64,000 nt of DNA from the IMG/VR virus record IMGVR_UViG_3300025888_000011, positions 77,153 through 141,152 of that record; one strand, given 5' to 3'. Within the stretch, counting starts at the first letter, position 1. Every line of letters starts with the position of its first letter. A program made the translations under genes and the position numbers. Source of the DNA: a virus. The notes under the pieces are model-generated. The model searched no databases, was not told the DNA's origin, and saw nothing but the letters and a program-made list of their open reading frames with translations. Shown one piece after another: positions 49,145-58,777 of this stretch.

Positions 49145-50392
49145 ATGAATATAAAAAGCTTAACAGTAGGAATGGTAATTAAGAATTATAAATTGATGTG
49201 TGAGGTATTGGAAATTAAAGTAACTTCTGGAGCGTCTAAGCAAGCACAAATAAAAGAAATGCAGAGGTATTTTAGATTCCATAAAGAAGGAAACAAATTT
49301 GTGATTGATGAGATATTTCCAACTAAAAAAGCTAGTGTGGATAAAAGACATGTTAATAAAGGTGGTTCTTATAATGTAACTGACTATACTAAAACTATAG
49401 AAAAATTAATACTTAATCTATTAGTACAAGATGGAAATAAAAGTGGTCTTGGATTTGGTAGAGTATTTCTAAGCAAAAATCAATTGTTAACAGAATTTAA
49501 AATGATAAATCAAAACTATGTATTTTGTAAAAGAAGAATGATGAAATTATCTAAATTTTTAAATATACAACAAGAAACTATTGATGAATGGTATAGTTGT
49601 TCAAATGATATGTTGGAGAGGAATTTAGAATATGCTTTAAAGAGTTTAGAAAATCAATGTCTTATAACATGGACTAAGGAAATAACTGTAGTAGAAATGA
49701 TTCCAATGGCAGAGATAATAGAAGATGGTACTAGAATTATTAAACATACGACAATAGATAATTATGGTGATGAAATAGTTGATTATACATATTATGCTGA
49801 TAAAACGGTAAAGTCTAATTATAGAGAAGGAACTGACAAAGAAAAAGTATTTATAGTCGCAACAGAATTAAAAATAATGTCTGAATTGAAATGTGATGGA
49901 AAACAAATGGTTATTAAAATGGGTATGTGGGATGTATTTAAAGAAAAAGTTGATGCTATTGTATTAAAAGAATTAAATATAGCTTTCTATTACAAATCAT
50001 ATAAAATTTTATTCGATGAAACAAATGTTGAAAATGTTGTTGATGATATGTATGAGGAATTTGAAATATCTAAAGATGACTTAATCAATAAAAAGAAATC
50101 TTTAAATGGTGATATAGTATGTAGATTAAATTATAATATTGAAAAAAGATATGGCAATGCTGTGGAAGAAATATCTACAATAATGGGGACTCCTAATGAC
50201 ACATTTAAACACAATAGATTGATAAGAAGGTCTAGTGAAAATTATATATCTGATAATAGTAAATTAACGAAGAGTCTTATTGAATTAGGATATAAAAATA
50301 TAAAAGATAACGTCAAGAAAACAAAAATAACTATTGATAATTCTGAAGCAGACAAAATGATGGATGAATTATTTGGAAAATTAGATAATTAA
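49145..50392 (+). CDS. Hypothetical DNA-binding (possibly replication initiator-like) protein
   Basis: AGGAGG RBS; 415 aa basic N-terminus; long inverted repeat begins at its stop codon; function is inference. Confidence 0.45.
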   Translation: MNIKSLTVGMVIKNYKLMCEVLEIKVTSGASKQAQIKEMQRYFRFHKEGNKFVIDEIFPTKKASVDKRHVNKGGSYNVTDYTKTIEKLILNLLVQDGNKSGLGFGRVFLSKNQLLTEFKMINQNYVFCKRRMMKLSKFLNIQQETIDEWYSCSNDMLERNLEYALKSLENQCLITWTKEITVVEMIPMAEIIEDGTRIIKHTTIDNYGDEIVDYTYYADKTVKSNYREGTDKEKVFIVATELKIMSELKCDGKQMVIKMGMWDVFKEKVDAIVLKELNIAFYYKSYKILFDETNVENVVDDMYEEFEISKDDLINKKKSLNGDIVCRLNYNIEKRYGNAVEEISTIMGTPNDTFKHNRLIRRSSENYISDNSKLTKSLIELGYKNIKDNVKKTKITIDNSEADKMMDELFGKLDN

Positions 50393-50460
50393 AAGTTGCC
50401 TAATATTGAAGTCCCCTTTATATAAATTAATAATAGACATGTCAATATTAGACAACTTTT
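50391..50460. repeat. 19 bp inverted repeat (1 mismatch)
   Basis: AAAAGTTGCCTAATATTGA (50391-409) / TCAATATTAGACAACTTTT (50442-460). Confidence 0.85.
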
Positions 50461-50703
50461 GACAATGACAAGTAAAACAAAAGTTCAAGAGATTCAGATT
50501 TAACATTTGACGATAGAGCTGTCAAAAGTAAAATCTCTTGTGCAAGGCTATTCGCCTTTTACAAGTTGATATTATGTTAAATTTTTTCTTTATGGTTAAT
50601 CGATACAATAATATTTAATAATTGTTAGAGTATACAAATTTCCATTAATTGTATACTCTATAGAGTTAAATTAATAAAAGAGTAAAATAAAATAACATAG
50701 AAG

Positions 50704-51138
50704 GTGGTTAAAAATATGTATGGTTTAACAAGAGAAAAACTAGAGAATTTAGTAAAAGATGTTCAATTTGAATGTAAAAAATCAGAAAAATTAACTGAGG
50801 TTGAGAATTTTATTTCGGAATTATTAATAAAAAATAATTGTAATAATGTATTTTTATCACTTGATTCTACAACAGATTTAGTTTGTCAGGGTAATTGGTT
50901 TCCAATAGATAAAATAACAGATTTAAGATATGATATTATTAGAAAAATATTAAGAATAGATACAGATTTGGAGTTTTGTATTGTAGATTTAAAAGCAGAC
51001 ATTATGAAAAACGTTGATAAAGAAACTGAATATAAAGACTTTGATAAATTTATTGAGGAACACAAAGAGGAAAGTAAATTAGCATCAGAAATGCATCACA
51101 AACGAGCAATAACATTAAGAAAAAATAGGATTGAATAA
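50704..51138 (+). CDS. Hypothetical protein
   Basis: AAGGTGG RBS, likely ATG 50716. Confidence 0.55.
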   Translation: MVKNMYGLTREKLENLVKDVQFECKKSEKLTEVENFISELLIKNNCNNVFLSLDSTTDLVCQGNWFPIDKITDLRYDIIRKILRIDTDLEFCIVDLKADIMKNVDKETEYKDFDKFIEEHKEESKLASEMHHKRAITLRKNRIE

Positions 51139-51208
51139 ATAAGAATATAAAGATATAAAATGGCATTGACAAATTAATCCTTTATGGTATAATTAAATTG
51201 TAGTAAAA
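51138..51208 (+). promoter_or_regulatory. Sigma-A promoter, copy 1 of ~70 bp direct repeat
   Basis: TTGACA-N16-TATAAT with TG; 24 nt identical to 52167-52190. Confidence 0.75.
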
Positions 51209-51238
51209 ATACTATAATATTATTAAAGGAGAATTAAT

Positions 51239-51505
51239 ATGAGACCTAAAATTATTAAACCAACTAGACCTGTCAGAATAAAAGGAACTAGAGCTAAATT
51301 AGATAAAGTTAATATTGAAAATATTAAAGGAATTAAAAGAAGGAGGGTGATAAAAATGGATAATATTTGTTCTAAATATGGTGAAGTAGGTAAGACTGCT
51401 GAATTATTAAATAGGGCTGTAAAAAGAAGTGGATTAACAATGAGTCAACTCTCAGATATTGAAGAGGAGGCTAGAAAAGAATATGCTAAAAGTCGTATTA
51501 GATAG
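51239..51505 (+). CDS. Putative antitoxin (two possible starts, 51239 and 51356)
   Basis: Small ORF overlapping the PIN gene; both ATGs have AGGAG RBS. Confidence 0.55.
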   Translation: MRPKIIKPTRPVRIKGTRAKLDKVNIENIKGIKRRRVIKMDNICSKYGEVGKTAELLNRAVKRSGLTMSQLSDIEEEARKEYAKSRIR

Positions 51506-51962
51506 TAATATAATTACAGGAGCATTTATAAGAAAAGAAAATGATTGTGTAAAACTAATGGATAAAGAATATACTGGACAATTTAATACTTTTGCTTCGA
51601 ACGATACAATGGAAGAGATGTTATCAATTGCTAAAGCGTATTCTTTATCTAATGAATTAAATTTAAATAAAGTTGAAGTTGTAGAATTTTTTAAGAAAAT
51701 AACTAGATTATATAGAAGAGCTAACCCAATAGAAACTACTAACAGGGTTTATATAATTAAAAGTGATGATACAGATAATATATTTTTAGAATGTGCAATG
51801 GAAAGCAATACAGATTATATAATAACTAAAAATTATAGACATTTTAAAGAAGCCATAGGCAAGATTAAGAATATTAATGACAGACAAATAACCATTTGCA
51901 GTCCTATAGAATTTATGAACATAATGGAAATTACAAGTAGAACAGCAGAAACTGGATTGTAA
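51483..51962 (+). CDS. PIN-domain (VapC-like) toxin
   Basis: KVVLDSNII..E..DDTDNIFLECA..DYIITKN.RHF; GAGGAGG RBS before ATG 51483. Confidence 0.85.
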   Translation: MLKVVLDSNIITGAFIRKENDCVKLMDKEYTGQFNTFASNDTMEEMLSIAKAYSLSNELNLNKVEVVEFFKKITRLYRRANPIETTNRVYIIKSDDTDNIFLECAMESNTDYIITKNYRHFKEAIGKIKNINDRQITICSPIEFMNIMEITSRTAETGL

Positions 51963-52120
51963 TGTTGATAGAATAAGATGTCAAAATCAATACGACCCAT
52001 AGCTGAAACTAACTACTGTTTATTATTATCTACTACACAAAGGTAATAGTAAACAAACAACGTTTCAGTTCTTGGTACTACAAATAGGCATTTCAAATAG
52101 GAGTGTCTATTATATTAATT

Positions 52121-52190
52121 AATAAGAATATAAAAATATAAAATAACTTGACATTGATTTTCTTTGTGGTATAATTAAATTGTAGTAAAA
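52121..52190 (+). promoter_or_regulatory. Sigma-A promoter, copy 2 of ~70 bp direct repeat
   Basis: TTGACA-N16-TATAAT with TG. Confidence 0.75.
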
Positions 52191-52237
52191 TATAAATTTA
52201 TTACAATTTATAAACATAAAAGGAGATTAATAATATT

Positions 52238-53074
52238 ATGGAAAAAGAATTAATAAACAATGAACACCAATCACAGGTAGGATTTTCAGATGAATTCAGT
52301 TATGGTAATTATCCTATAAAGTATGAAATAACCAAAGACAATAAACTCAATTTATATGTAGAAGATTGTGCGATTGCATTGGGAGTGACACAGACCAAAA
52401 AGTTAAAAGAGGGAACAACCTCTACTACAATTAGATGGGAAGAAGTAAGTACCGATTTAATTGCAATTGATAGAATCCCAACGTCGTGGGATTTGAAAAA
52501 AATAGAAAAAGAGGATAAAAAACGAATAAGAAATGAAATAAAAGCAATGACTATAACCGAAACTCAATTATATTTATGGAGTTTTAGGGTAGATAGTGAA
52601 CAAGGTAAAAAATTTAGAGATTGGTTAGCTATAACAGTTCTTCCCAATCTAAGAGAACATGGAATATATGTAACTGGAATGGAGAGTATGACTCCTGAAG
52701 AAATAAAAAGAGTTACTGATGAAAGAATAGAAATGTATGTATTGCGTAAATTTGGAATAGGAATTCGTAAGAGCTTAACTGATATAATAAAGAAAATTAT
52801 AAAACCAGCTACTTATGAAGGATATATTTATGCCAAATATACTAATATAGTTTATAACATTTTATTAGGGATGGATTGTAAAGAATATAAGCAGTCTATA
52901 GGATTAGAGAAGAAAGATAGTTTAAGAGATGAATTTAGAGATTCTAAAAATGAAAAGGCTTTAAACCATATAGCAAAAGCAGAAGATTTTATGGGGAATT
53001 TAATAATGTCTGGAATAACAGATGAAATTATATTAAAGGACTTAATAACCAATTGGTATTCAAGAATAGCTTAA
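52238..53074 (+). CDS. BRO-N family antirepressor-like protein
   Basis: ITETQLY..KFRDWLAITVLPNLREHGIY. Confidence 0.75.
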   Translation: MEKELINNEHQSQVGFSDEFSYGNYPIKYEITKDNKLNLYVEDCAIALGVTQTKKLKEGTTSTTIRWEEVSTDLIAIDRIPTSWDLKKIEKEDKKRIRNEIKAMTITETQLYLWSFRVDSEQGKKFRDWLAITVLPNLREHGIYVTGMESMTPEEIKRVTDERIEMYVLRKFGIGIRKSLTDIIKKIIKPATYEGYIYAKYTNIVYNILLGMDCKEYKQSIGLEKKDSLRDEFRDSKNEKALNHIAKAEDFMGNLIMSGITDEIILKDLITNWYSRIA

Positions 53075-53292
53075 TGTAATAATATAATTGTATTTATAAA
53101 CTTTAATAAAAATTATAATAATATAAAAAATTAGAGTTTATAAATATTAATTTATAAAAGTCTCTTTCTCTGACAATATTATTTATGTTTTATATTTTGA
53201 GTTTTATATGTAATATGATAAAATAAATAAATAGGAATACATATTTTAAGTTTTATAGAAATATGAATATTATTATTGAGGAGAAGATTATT

Positions 53293-53445
53293 ATGAGTGA
53301 TAAAAGACAACAAAAAGCTTTGCTATCAGTTAGAGTTACTAATAAATTTAAAGAGGACTTAGAGAAAATAGCAGAAGATAAAGGAATGACCTTACCTGAT
53401 TTTATTAGATATGTTTTAACAGATTATAAGGAAAACATAAAATAG
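53293..53445 (+). CDS. Ribbon-helix-helix DNA-binding protein
   Basis: LSVRVTNKFKEDLEKIAEDKGMTLPDFIR; GAGGAG RBS before ATG 53293. Confidence 0.75.
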   Translation: MSDKRQQKALLSVRVTNKFKEDLEKIAEDKGMTLPDFIRYVLTDYKENIK

Positions 53446-53535
53446 AAATACTAAGTAAATGGAAGATATATGTAGTAACATTAATTATACAATAGGTAAA
53501 TTGTTCTAAAGACATAATACAACGGTTAACAATAG

Positions 53536-53564
53536 TTGATTATAGTTAACATATCCTCTATAAT
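53536..53564 (+). promoter_or_regulatory. Sigma-A type promoter with flanking GTTAAC palindromes
   Basis: TTGATT-N17-TATAAT; GTTAAC at 53525 and 53545. Confidence 0.55.
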
Positions 53565-53618
53565 ATTAATTGTAAGGAAGATAATTCCTTAACAAGAAAA
53601 TATATGGGGGTTAGAATT

Positions 53619-53846
53619 ATGTTAAAAGGAATAATTATAAATGGGGAAGTTAGGATTGTTGAAATTGAAGAGAATGATAATGATAATAGAGTTGAATATA
53701 GGGATTGTGAGTTATGCAATTTTGATGAGTTATTGGATTATTGTTGTGAAGTTGGAGATGTTGTTGAAGAAAAATGGATATTAATTAAAGATGAGATTAT
53801 TAAGATTGAGAATGAGGACATTATTAGAGTTGGGATAGGGAAATGA
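53619..53846 (+). CDS. Small acidic protein, paralog of 45428
   Basis: Very Glu/Asp rich; GGGGG RBS before ATG 53619. Confidence 0.65.
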   Translation: MLKGIIINGEVRIVEIEENDNDNRVEYRDCELCNFDELLDYCCEVGDVVEEKWILIKDEIIKIENEDIIRVGIGK

Positions 53847-54000
53847 AATACATAAATTTGATTTAACTTTGACAAAAGTGTTCTAAGGGTCGCTCCTTTA
53901 GAATTAAGAGGATTAACCACCTCAACTTTTGTCGTTTACATAAAAATAAAATTAGTGGTTAGAGGTTAAAAAAATAATATAAAAAGGTGGTTGATTATTA

Positions 54001-55470
54001 ATGTGTGAAAAATGTAAGGAATTAGAAAATGATATATTTTTAGAGGATTTACCTAGAAAAAATGGAAAATGTAATAAAATTAATTGGTTTAAATCATTAG
54101 GCTATAAAGTTAAATTTATATATGATAATATCAAAGGAGAAGTTGAAATCTTAGATTATGACGGAAAGTTTCTATATATAAAATATTTAGATAATAAGCC
54201 ATTCAAAATATCAAGAGATGGATTTAGAAATTGTCAATTCGGGAAATTATTAGGATTAATTACTTGTGAATTTAAATTTGACATAGGCAGTATGTTTAAA
54301 GATGATAAAAGAGACTTAATTATTACAGATAAGCAATATGAAATAGATAAAAAAGGTCAAAATAATAAATGGTATAAATATAAATGTAATATATGTGGAT
54401 ATGAAGGATGGATTGTCGAGTTTGCATTAACTAGAGGTGATAGATGTTCTGTTTGTTCAAATCATAAGGCTATTTTAGGTATAAACACAATTTGGGATAC
54501 AGATAGATGGATGGTAGATTTAGGAGTAAGTGAAGAAGACGCTAAAAAATATACTAAAAGTTGTGGAATAAGTATTAATGTTATTTGCCCCGATTGTGGT
54601 CGTATAAAAGATAAAATTACTATAGCTAAGATACACGATAGACATTCAATATCATGTTCTTGTGGAGATTCGACTAGCTATCCAGAGAAAATCATGTTTT
54701 CAGTATTAGAGCAATTAAATTTAGATTTTAAACCACAATTGACAAAATCTACATTTGAGTGGTGTGAAGAATATAGATATGATTTTTACATAACCTCTAT
54801 AAATGGGATTTTAGAGGTAAATGGATTGCAACATTACGAAGAGTCTTTTGAAAGAATGGGTGGACGTGTAAAAATAGTAGCTGATGAGAAAGAAAATGAT
54901 AAAATAAAAAAAGAGTTAGCTTTAAAAAATGGAGTAAAAGAAGATAATTATATAGTGATAGATTGTAGAAAATCAGAACTTGAATTTATTAAAGAGAGTG
55001 TATTAGATAGTAATTTATCTATAGTATTTAATTTAAACAAAGTTGATTGGTTAAAAGCTGAAGAGTTTGCATTGAAAAATTTAGTCAAACTGGCTTGTGA
55101 GATGAAACGTGATACCCCTAATATGACTACTGTAGACATAGGAGTAATCATGAAGCTTAGTAAAAGTACAATAACGAGATATCTAAAAAAAGGTTCATTA
55201 CTTGGTTGGTGTAATTATGACGCGAAAGAAGAAATAAAAAAATGTGGCAATAGGATTGCAGGTAAGAATAAAAAGAATATAGAAATATTTAAAGATGGAA
55301 TTTCGTTAGGAAGATTTGAAAGTTGTGCAGAATTAGAAAGGCAAAGTGAAGATTTATTCAGTGCAAAATTGGTAAGAAGCGAGATGTCATATGTGTGTAA
55401 TGGTCTTAAATCTCAATACAAAGGATATACATTTAAATATGAAGAAGATAAAATAAATAATATTAGTTAA
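54001..55470 (+). CDS. Free-standing putative homing endonuclease (Zn motifs, PD-(D/E)XK-like, HTH and NUMOD1-like C-terminus)
   Basis: SYPEK..RYDFYI..LEVNGLQHY; FES..E..S.VCNG..YKGYTFKY. Confidence 0.7.
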   Translation: MCEKCKELENDIFLEDLPRKNGKCNKINWFKSLGYKVKFIYDNIKGEVEILDYDGKFLYIKYLDNKPFKISRDGFRNCQFGKLLGLITCEFKFDIGSMFKDDKRDLIITDKQYEIDKKGQNNKWYKYKCNICGYEGWIVEFALTRGDRCSVCSNHKAILGINTIWDTDRWMVDLGVSEEDAKKYTKSCGISINVICPDCGRIKDKITIAKIHDRHSISCSCGDSTSYPEKIMFSVLEQLNLDFKPQLTKSTFEWCEEYRYDFYITSINGILEVNGLQHYEESFERMGGRVKIVADEKENDKIKKELALKNGVKEDNYIVIDCRKSELEFIKESVLDSNLSIVFNLNKVDWLKAEEFALKNLVKLACEMKRDTPNMTTVDIGVIMKLSKSTITRYLKKGSLLGWCNYDAKEEIKKCGNRIAGKNKKNIEIFKDGISLGRFESCAELERQSEDLFSAKLVRSEMSYVCNGLKSQYKGYTFKYEEDKINNIS

Positions 55471-55600
55471 ATATTTAACTTGTATAATATCATAAATTGT
55501 TTTAAACTATATAATAAGGTATGAGATTAATTATTTTTATTATATAGTCATTATAATTAGCCATACATATCGTAATAAATGGGAAAGGTGGTTAATTATA

Positions 55601-56056
55601 TTGTATAATATTAATAGAAAAAAATTAATTATATTTTCTATTTCTGCAATATTGGTAATTTCAATTGGAGCAATGGTATATATAAAAGATAAGAAAGCTA
55701 AAGATGTTAAAAAATATGCTTTATTAGCTAGTGAAATTACTGAAAGAACAAAATTAATAAATGAATTGGAGTCTACAAAAGCTACTACAAACACTGATTT
55801 AGAATTGATAGATAAAACTACTGTATATGATAAAGAATCAGACACAATGTATATAGTTGGACATATAAAAAACAATACCAGTAAAGACTACACTACATTA
55901 TATGTAAGTTTTGATTTAATTGATAACAATGGAATTAAAGTTGGTGATGCAATGGATAGTATAAATGGATTATCTCCTTATGGTACGTGGGAGTTTAAAG
56001 CCTCAAGTAGCGTTGCTTTTACACATTACAAAATTTCACAAATAAATGGATATTAA
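55601..56056 (+). CDS. Membrane-anchored FxLYD-domain protein (moron)
   Basis: N-terminal TM helix; I.G.IKN..V.FDLID..G.KVG..L.P..TW.FKA; own terminator 56081-56108. Confidence 0.7.
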   Translation: MYNINRKKLIIFSISAILVISIGAMVYIKDKKAKDVKKYALLASEITERTKLINELESTKATTNTDLELIDKTTVYDKESDTMYIVGHIKNNTSKDYTTLYVSFDLIDNNGIKVGDAMDSINGLSPYGTWEFKASSSVAFTHYKISQINGY

Positions 56057-56171
56057 AACATAATTAAATAGAAAACATTTAAGCATTTAACTTTGTTAGG
56101 TGCTTTTTATTTTACAATAAATTATACATAGTAAATATATAATAATATAAAATATAGGAGGAATTATTAAT

Positions 56172-56813
56172 ATGACAAACAAAGTAATAAATTTCAGTGA
56201 CTTAGGTAGAACAGAGGTAAGATGTATCATTTATACAGACGAGTTTGGAGTTGTAAAAGCAGAATATTCTCAAGAAGGAATAAAAAGACTACAGAACTCA
56301 ATTGAAAATCCAATTATAGTTTACAATACAAATCCCGAAACTCAAATAAAATTACAAACAATTGTAGGCACAGCAGGGAATGGTGTTTATAAAGATAAAA
56401 AAAATATCGTAGTAACTGCAAAAGAATTAATACTTGATTATTTACCACTTTGTACAAATATTGTTTTGAATTTAGATGCTGAGATAGACAAAGAAAAAAT
56501 ACAAGAAATAATAAATGACCCAAATAAAGAATTTGAGATGGTTATTAATGAAGTTGGTAAAATTGTTTATGAATCAAGTAAAACTTATGCTGATAATATT
56601 ACTGCATTTGCAAAATTATCAAAAGAAGAAAGAGAAAAAATACTCGAAGAATCACAATCTGAAATTGTAGAAACTGAGGAAGAAAAGGAATTAAGAGAAC
56701 TAGAAGAAAAAACAAAACTACTAAAAGAGAAAATTAAAAATCAAATGAATGAAATTATAGAAGAAAATGTTGAAATAATAGAAGCCGAAGAAATAGTTAA
56801 AACAGAGGAATAA
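56172..56813 (+). CDS. Putative tail assembly chaperone
   Basis: AGGAGG RBS; acidic; upstream of tape measure. Confidence 0.4.
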   Translation: MTNKVINFSDLGRTEVRCIIYTDEFGVVKAEYSQEGIKRLQNSIENPIIVYNTNPETQIKLQTIVGTAGNGVYKDKKNIVVTAKELILDYLPLCTNIVLNLDAEIDKEKIQEIINDPNKEFEMVINEVGKIVYESSKTYADNITAFAKLSKEEREKILEESQSEIVETEEEKELRELEEKTKLLKEKIKNQMNEIIEENVEIIEAEEIVKTEE

Positions 56814-56815
56814 TT

Positions 56816-57223
56816 ATGGAAATAGATTTAGAATTCCAACGGATGATGGATTTATATTTAGAAAGTATAAAAGCTAGAGTAGAAGAAATTATGAAGGATG
56901 CTATACAGAGTGAAATATATGATAAATATTCACCTACGATTTATCAGAGGACGTTTACATTTTTGAATTCTGTGAAAGCACATATCAATCCTGAAGGCAA
57001 TATATATTTATATGTAGATATCAACGAAGGGAGTCAGTACTATTCGGCAGTGGATGGTTCACCTCAATTTATGAATATAGGAAACTATTTAGAGGGAGGT
57101 CATAGGGATTCTACTGGTTATGGTGGAGAATATCACGATTACAAGCCTCGTCTATATCTTGAGAAAGCATCGGAGCTAATATCTAAAGAATTTCCAGAAT
57201 TACAGATTATGATAGTAAAATAA
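56816..57223 (+). CDS. Putative tail completion protein (HK97 gp10-like)
   Basis: Y.RT..L.NS..LE.GH..PR.YLE.A pattern. Confidence 0.5.
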   Translation: MEIDLEFQRMMDLYLESIKARVEEIMKDAIQSEIYDKYSPTIYQRTFTFLNSVKAHINPEGNIYLYVDINEGSQYYSAVDGSPQFMNIGNYLEGGHRDSTGYGGEYHDYKPRLYLEKASELISKEFPELQIMIVK

Positions 57224-57298
57224 TATAAAATTTAAACAAAAGGAGTGATTCAATAATTCATTCCTTTATATTTATATTAGAAAGGAGTGCGAGGTAAT

Positions 57299-58777
57299 AT
57301 GGCAATACCCAGTCTGATAATTAGCAACAATTTTGTGCAAACAAAAGCACAGTTTAACGAATTAATAAATTATATGACAAATACATTAAGAGTACCTTTG
57401 ACTCTAAAATTAAATATCGGAGAAATACAAAATCAATTAAGGCAAATTACTGCACAAACGGAACAATTTAAAGCTACTATGAGTTCTAGTATGGGTCTCA
57501 ACACTGGTGGGTTTGATAAAGTAATGACGACTGTTAGAGAAATAGAAGGTGGAATGGGAAAGGTAGCGAGTACGGTCACCACTATTTCAAGTAATATGGG
57601 TCAAGTTATTACAACTACAACAAAACATGTATCGTTAATCGGAGAAGCATTAAGTATACAAAATCAAATAAGTCAAGCTGTTGTAAAAACTACAGATAAT
57701 TATAAAACACAATTAGCTATAAAAGAAAAATCTATCGCAATGGGTGAATCAGGCTTAATTCAACGTGAAAACGTACTATTAGCAGAAGCTACTGCATTAA
57801 TGACAAAGAAACTAAACTTAGAACAACAAATTAAAGTAGCAAAAGAAAGTGGAAATTTACCATTACAGAGAGCATTGATTTTAAGAGAACAGGAAGTTGC
57901 ACTTCAATTACAATCTGCGAGAGCTAGTTTATCTAATTCTAGTGAGGCAACTAAATCTACTTTATTACAAAGAGAAGTTGAAATAAGGGCAAGTATTGTT
58001 CTTCAAAATGCTAAAATATTAGGTCAAGGACAATTAGAAGCTACTGAGATTAAACGAAGAATAGCATTATATCAGCAAGAAAAAGAATTACAAATGGCAG
58101 GAATGAATCAGAAATATGGTTCATCTATAAATACTGCAAATTTAGCACAAGCACAATTAGCTATAAGACAATTAGGAACATCTGGCATAACAAGTCTTAG
58201 TCAATTAAATGCAAAAGAACAACAAGTAAATATGAGTTTGAAAGAAATAGGAGCAAATGCTAGAGTTGCATCAAATGCTTTAAAACAAACAGGAGGTTTG
58301 AGTGGTGCATTTAATGGGTTAGTATCGAATATGAAAAGTATGGCAATTTGGAGTCTTACAGCAGGTGCTATATTTGGAACGGTTAATGCTATAAAAGAAG
58401 GTATTGGTTCAGCGTTAGAAATGGACAAAACCCTCTCAATTTTATCTATTACAATGAACGGTACAAAAAGTGATTTTCAAGCAATGGCTAAAGAAATACA
58501 AAGTACCGCTATAGCGACAGGTAGTTCAGTGGAAGCTGTATCAGATGCTAGTAAAATTTACGCAAATATGGGAGAAACTGCAAGTTCAATACTTGAAAAG
58601 ACGCGTTCTGCAATTATGTTATCGAACGTCACAGGGCTTGATACATCACAAACAACAGATTCTGTGCATGCAATTTTAAACCAGTATAATGAAGTGGGAA
58701 AGACGGCTACGGTAACATCTGAGCATGTTGCAAATTCTCTAGTAGCAATAAGTAAAAATATGGCAATGGACTTCGGT
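57299..58777 (+). CDS. Tape measure protein, exon 1
   Basis: Ala/Gln-rich helical protein with TP901-type core; ends MAMDFG at U58777. Confidence 0.85.

Noticed and set aside
50554-50582. dif-like site (TTATGTTAAAT matches a XerD arm)
   Set aside because: Left arm and spacer fit poorly, and an AT-rich 11-mer can occur by chance in this genome
56172-57223. Programmed frameshift in pre-tape-measure chaperone genes
   Set aside because: No convincing slippery site near the end of 56172, and 56816 has its own RBS
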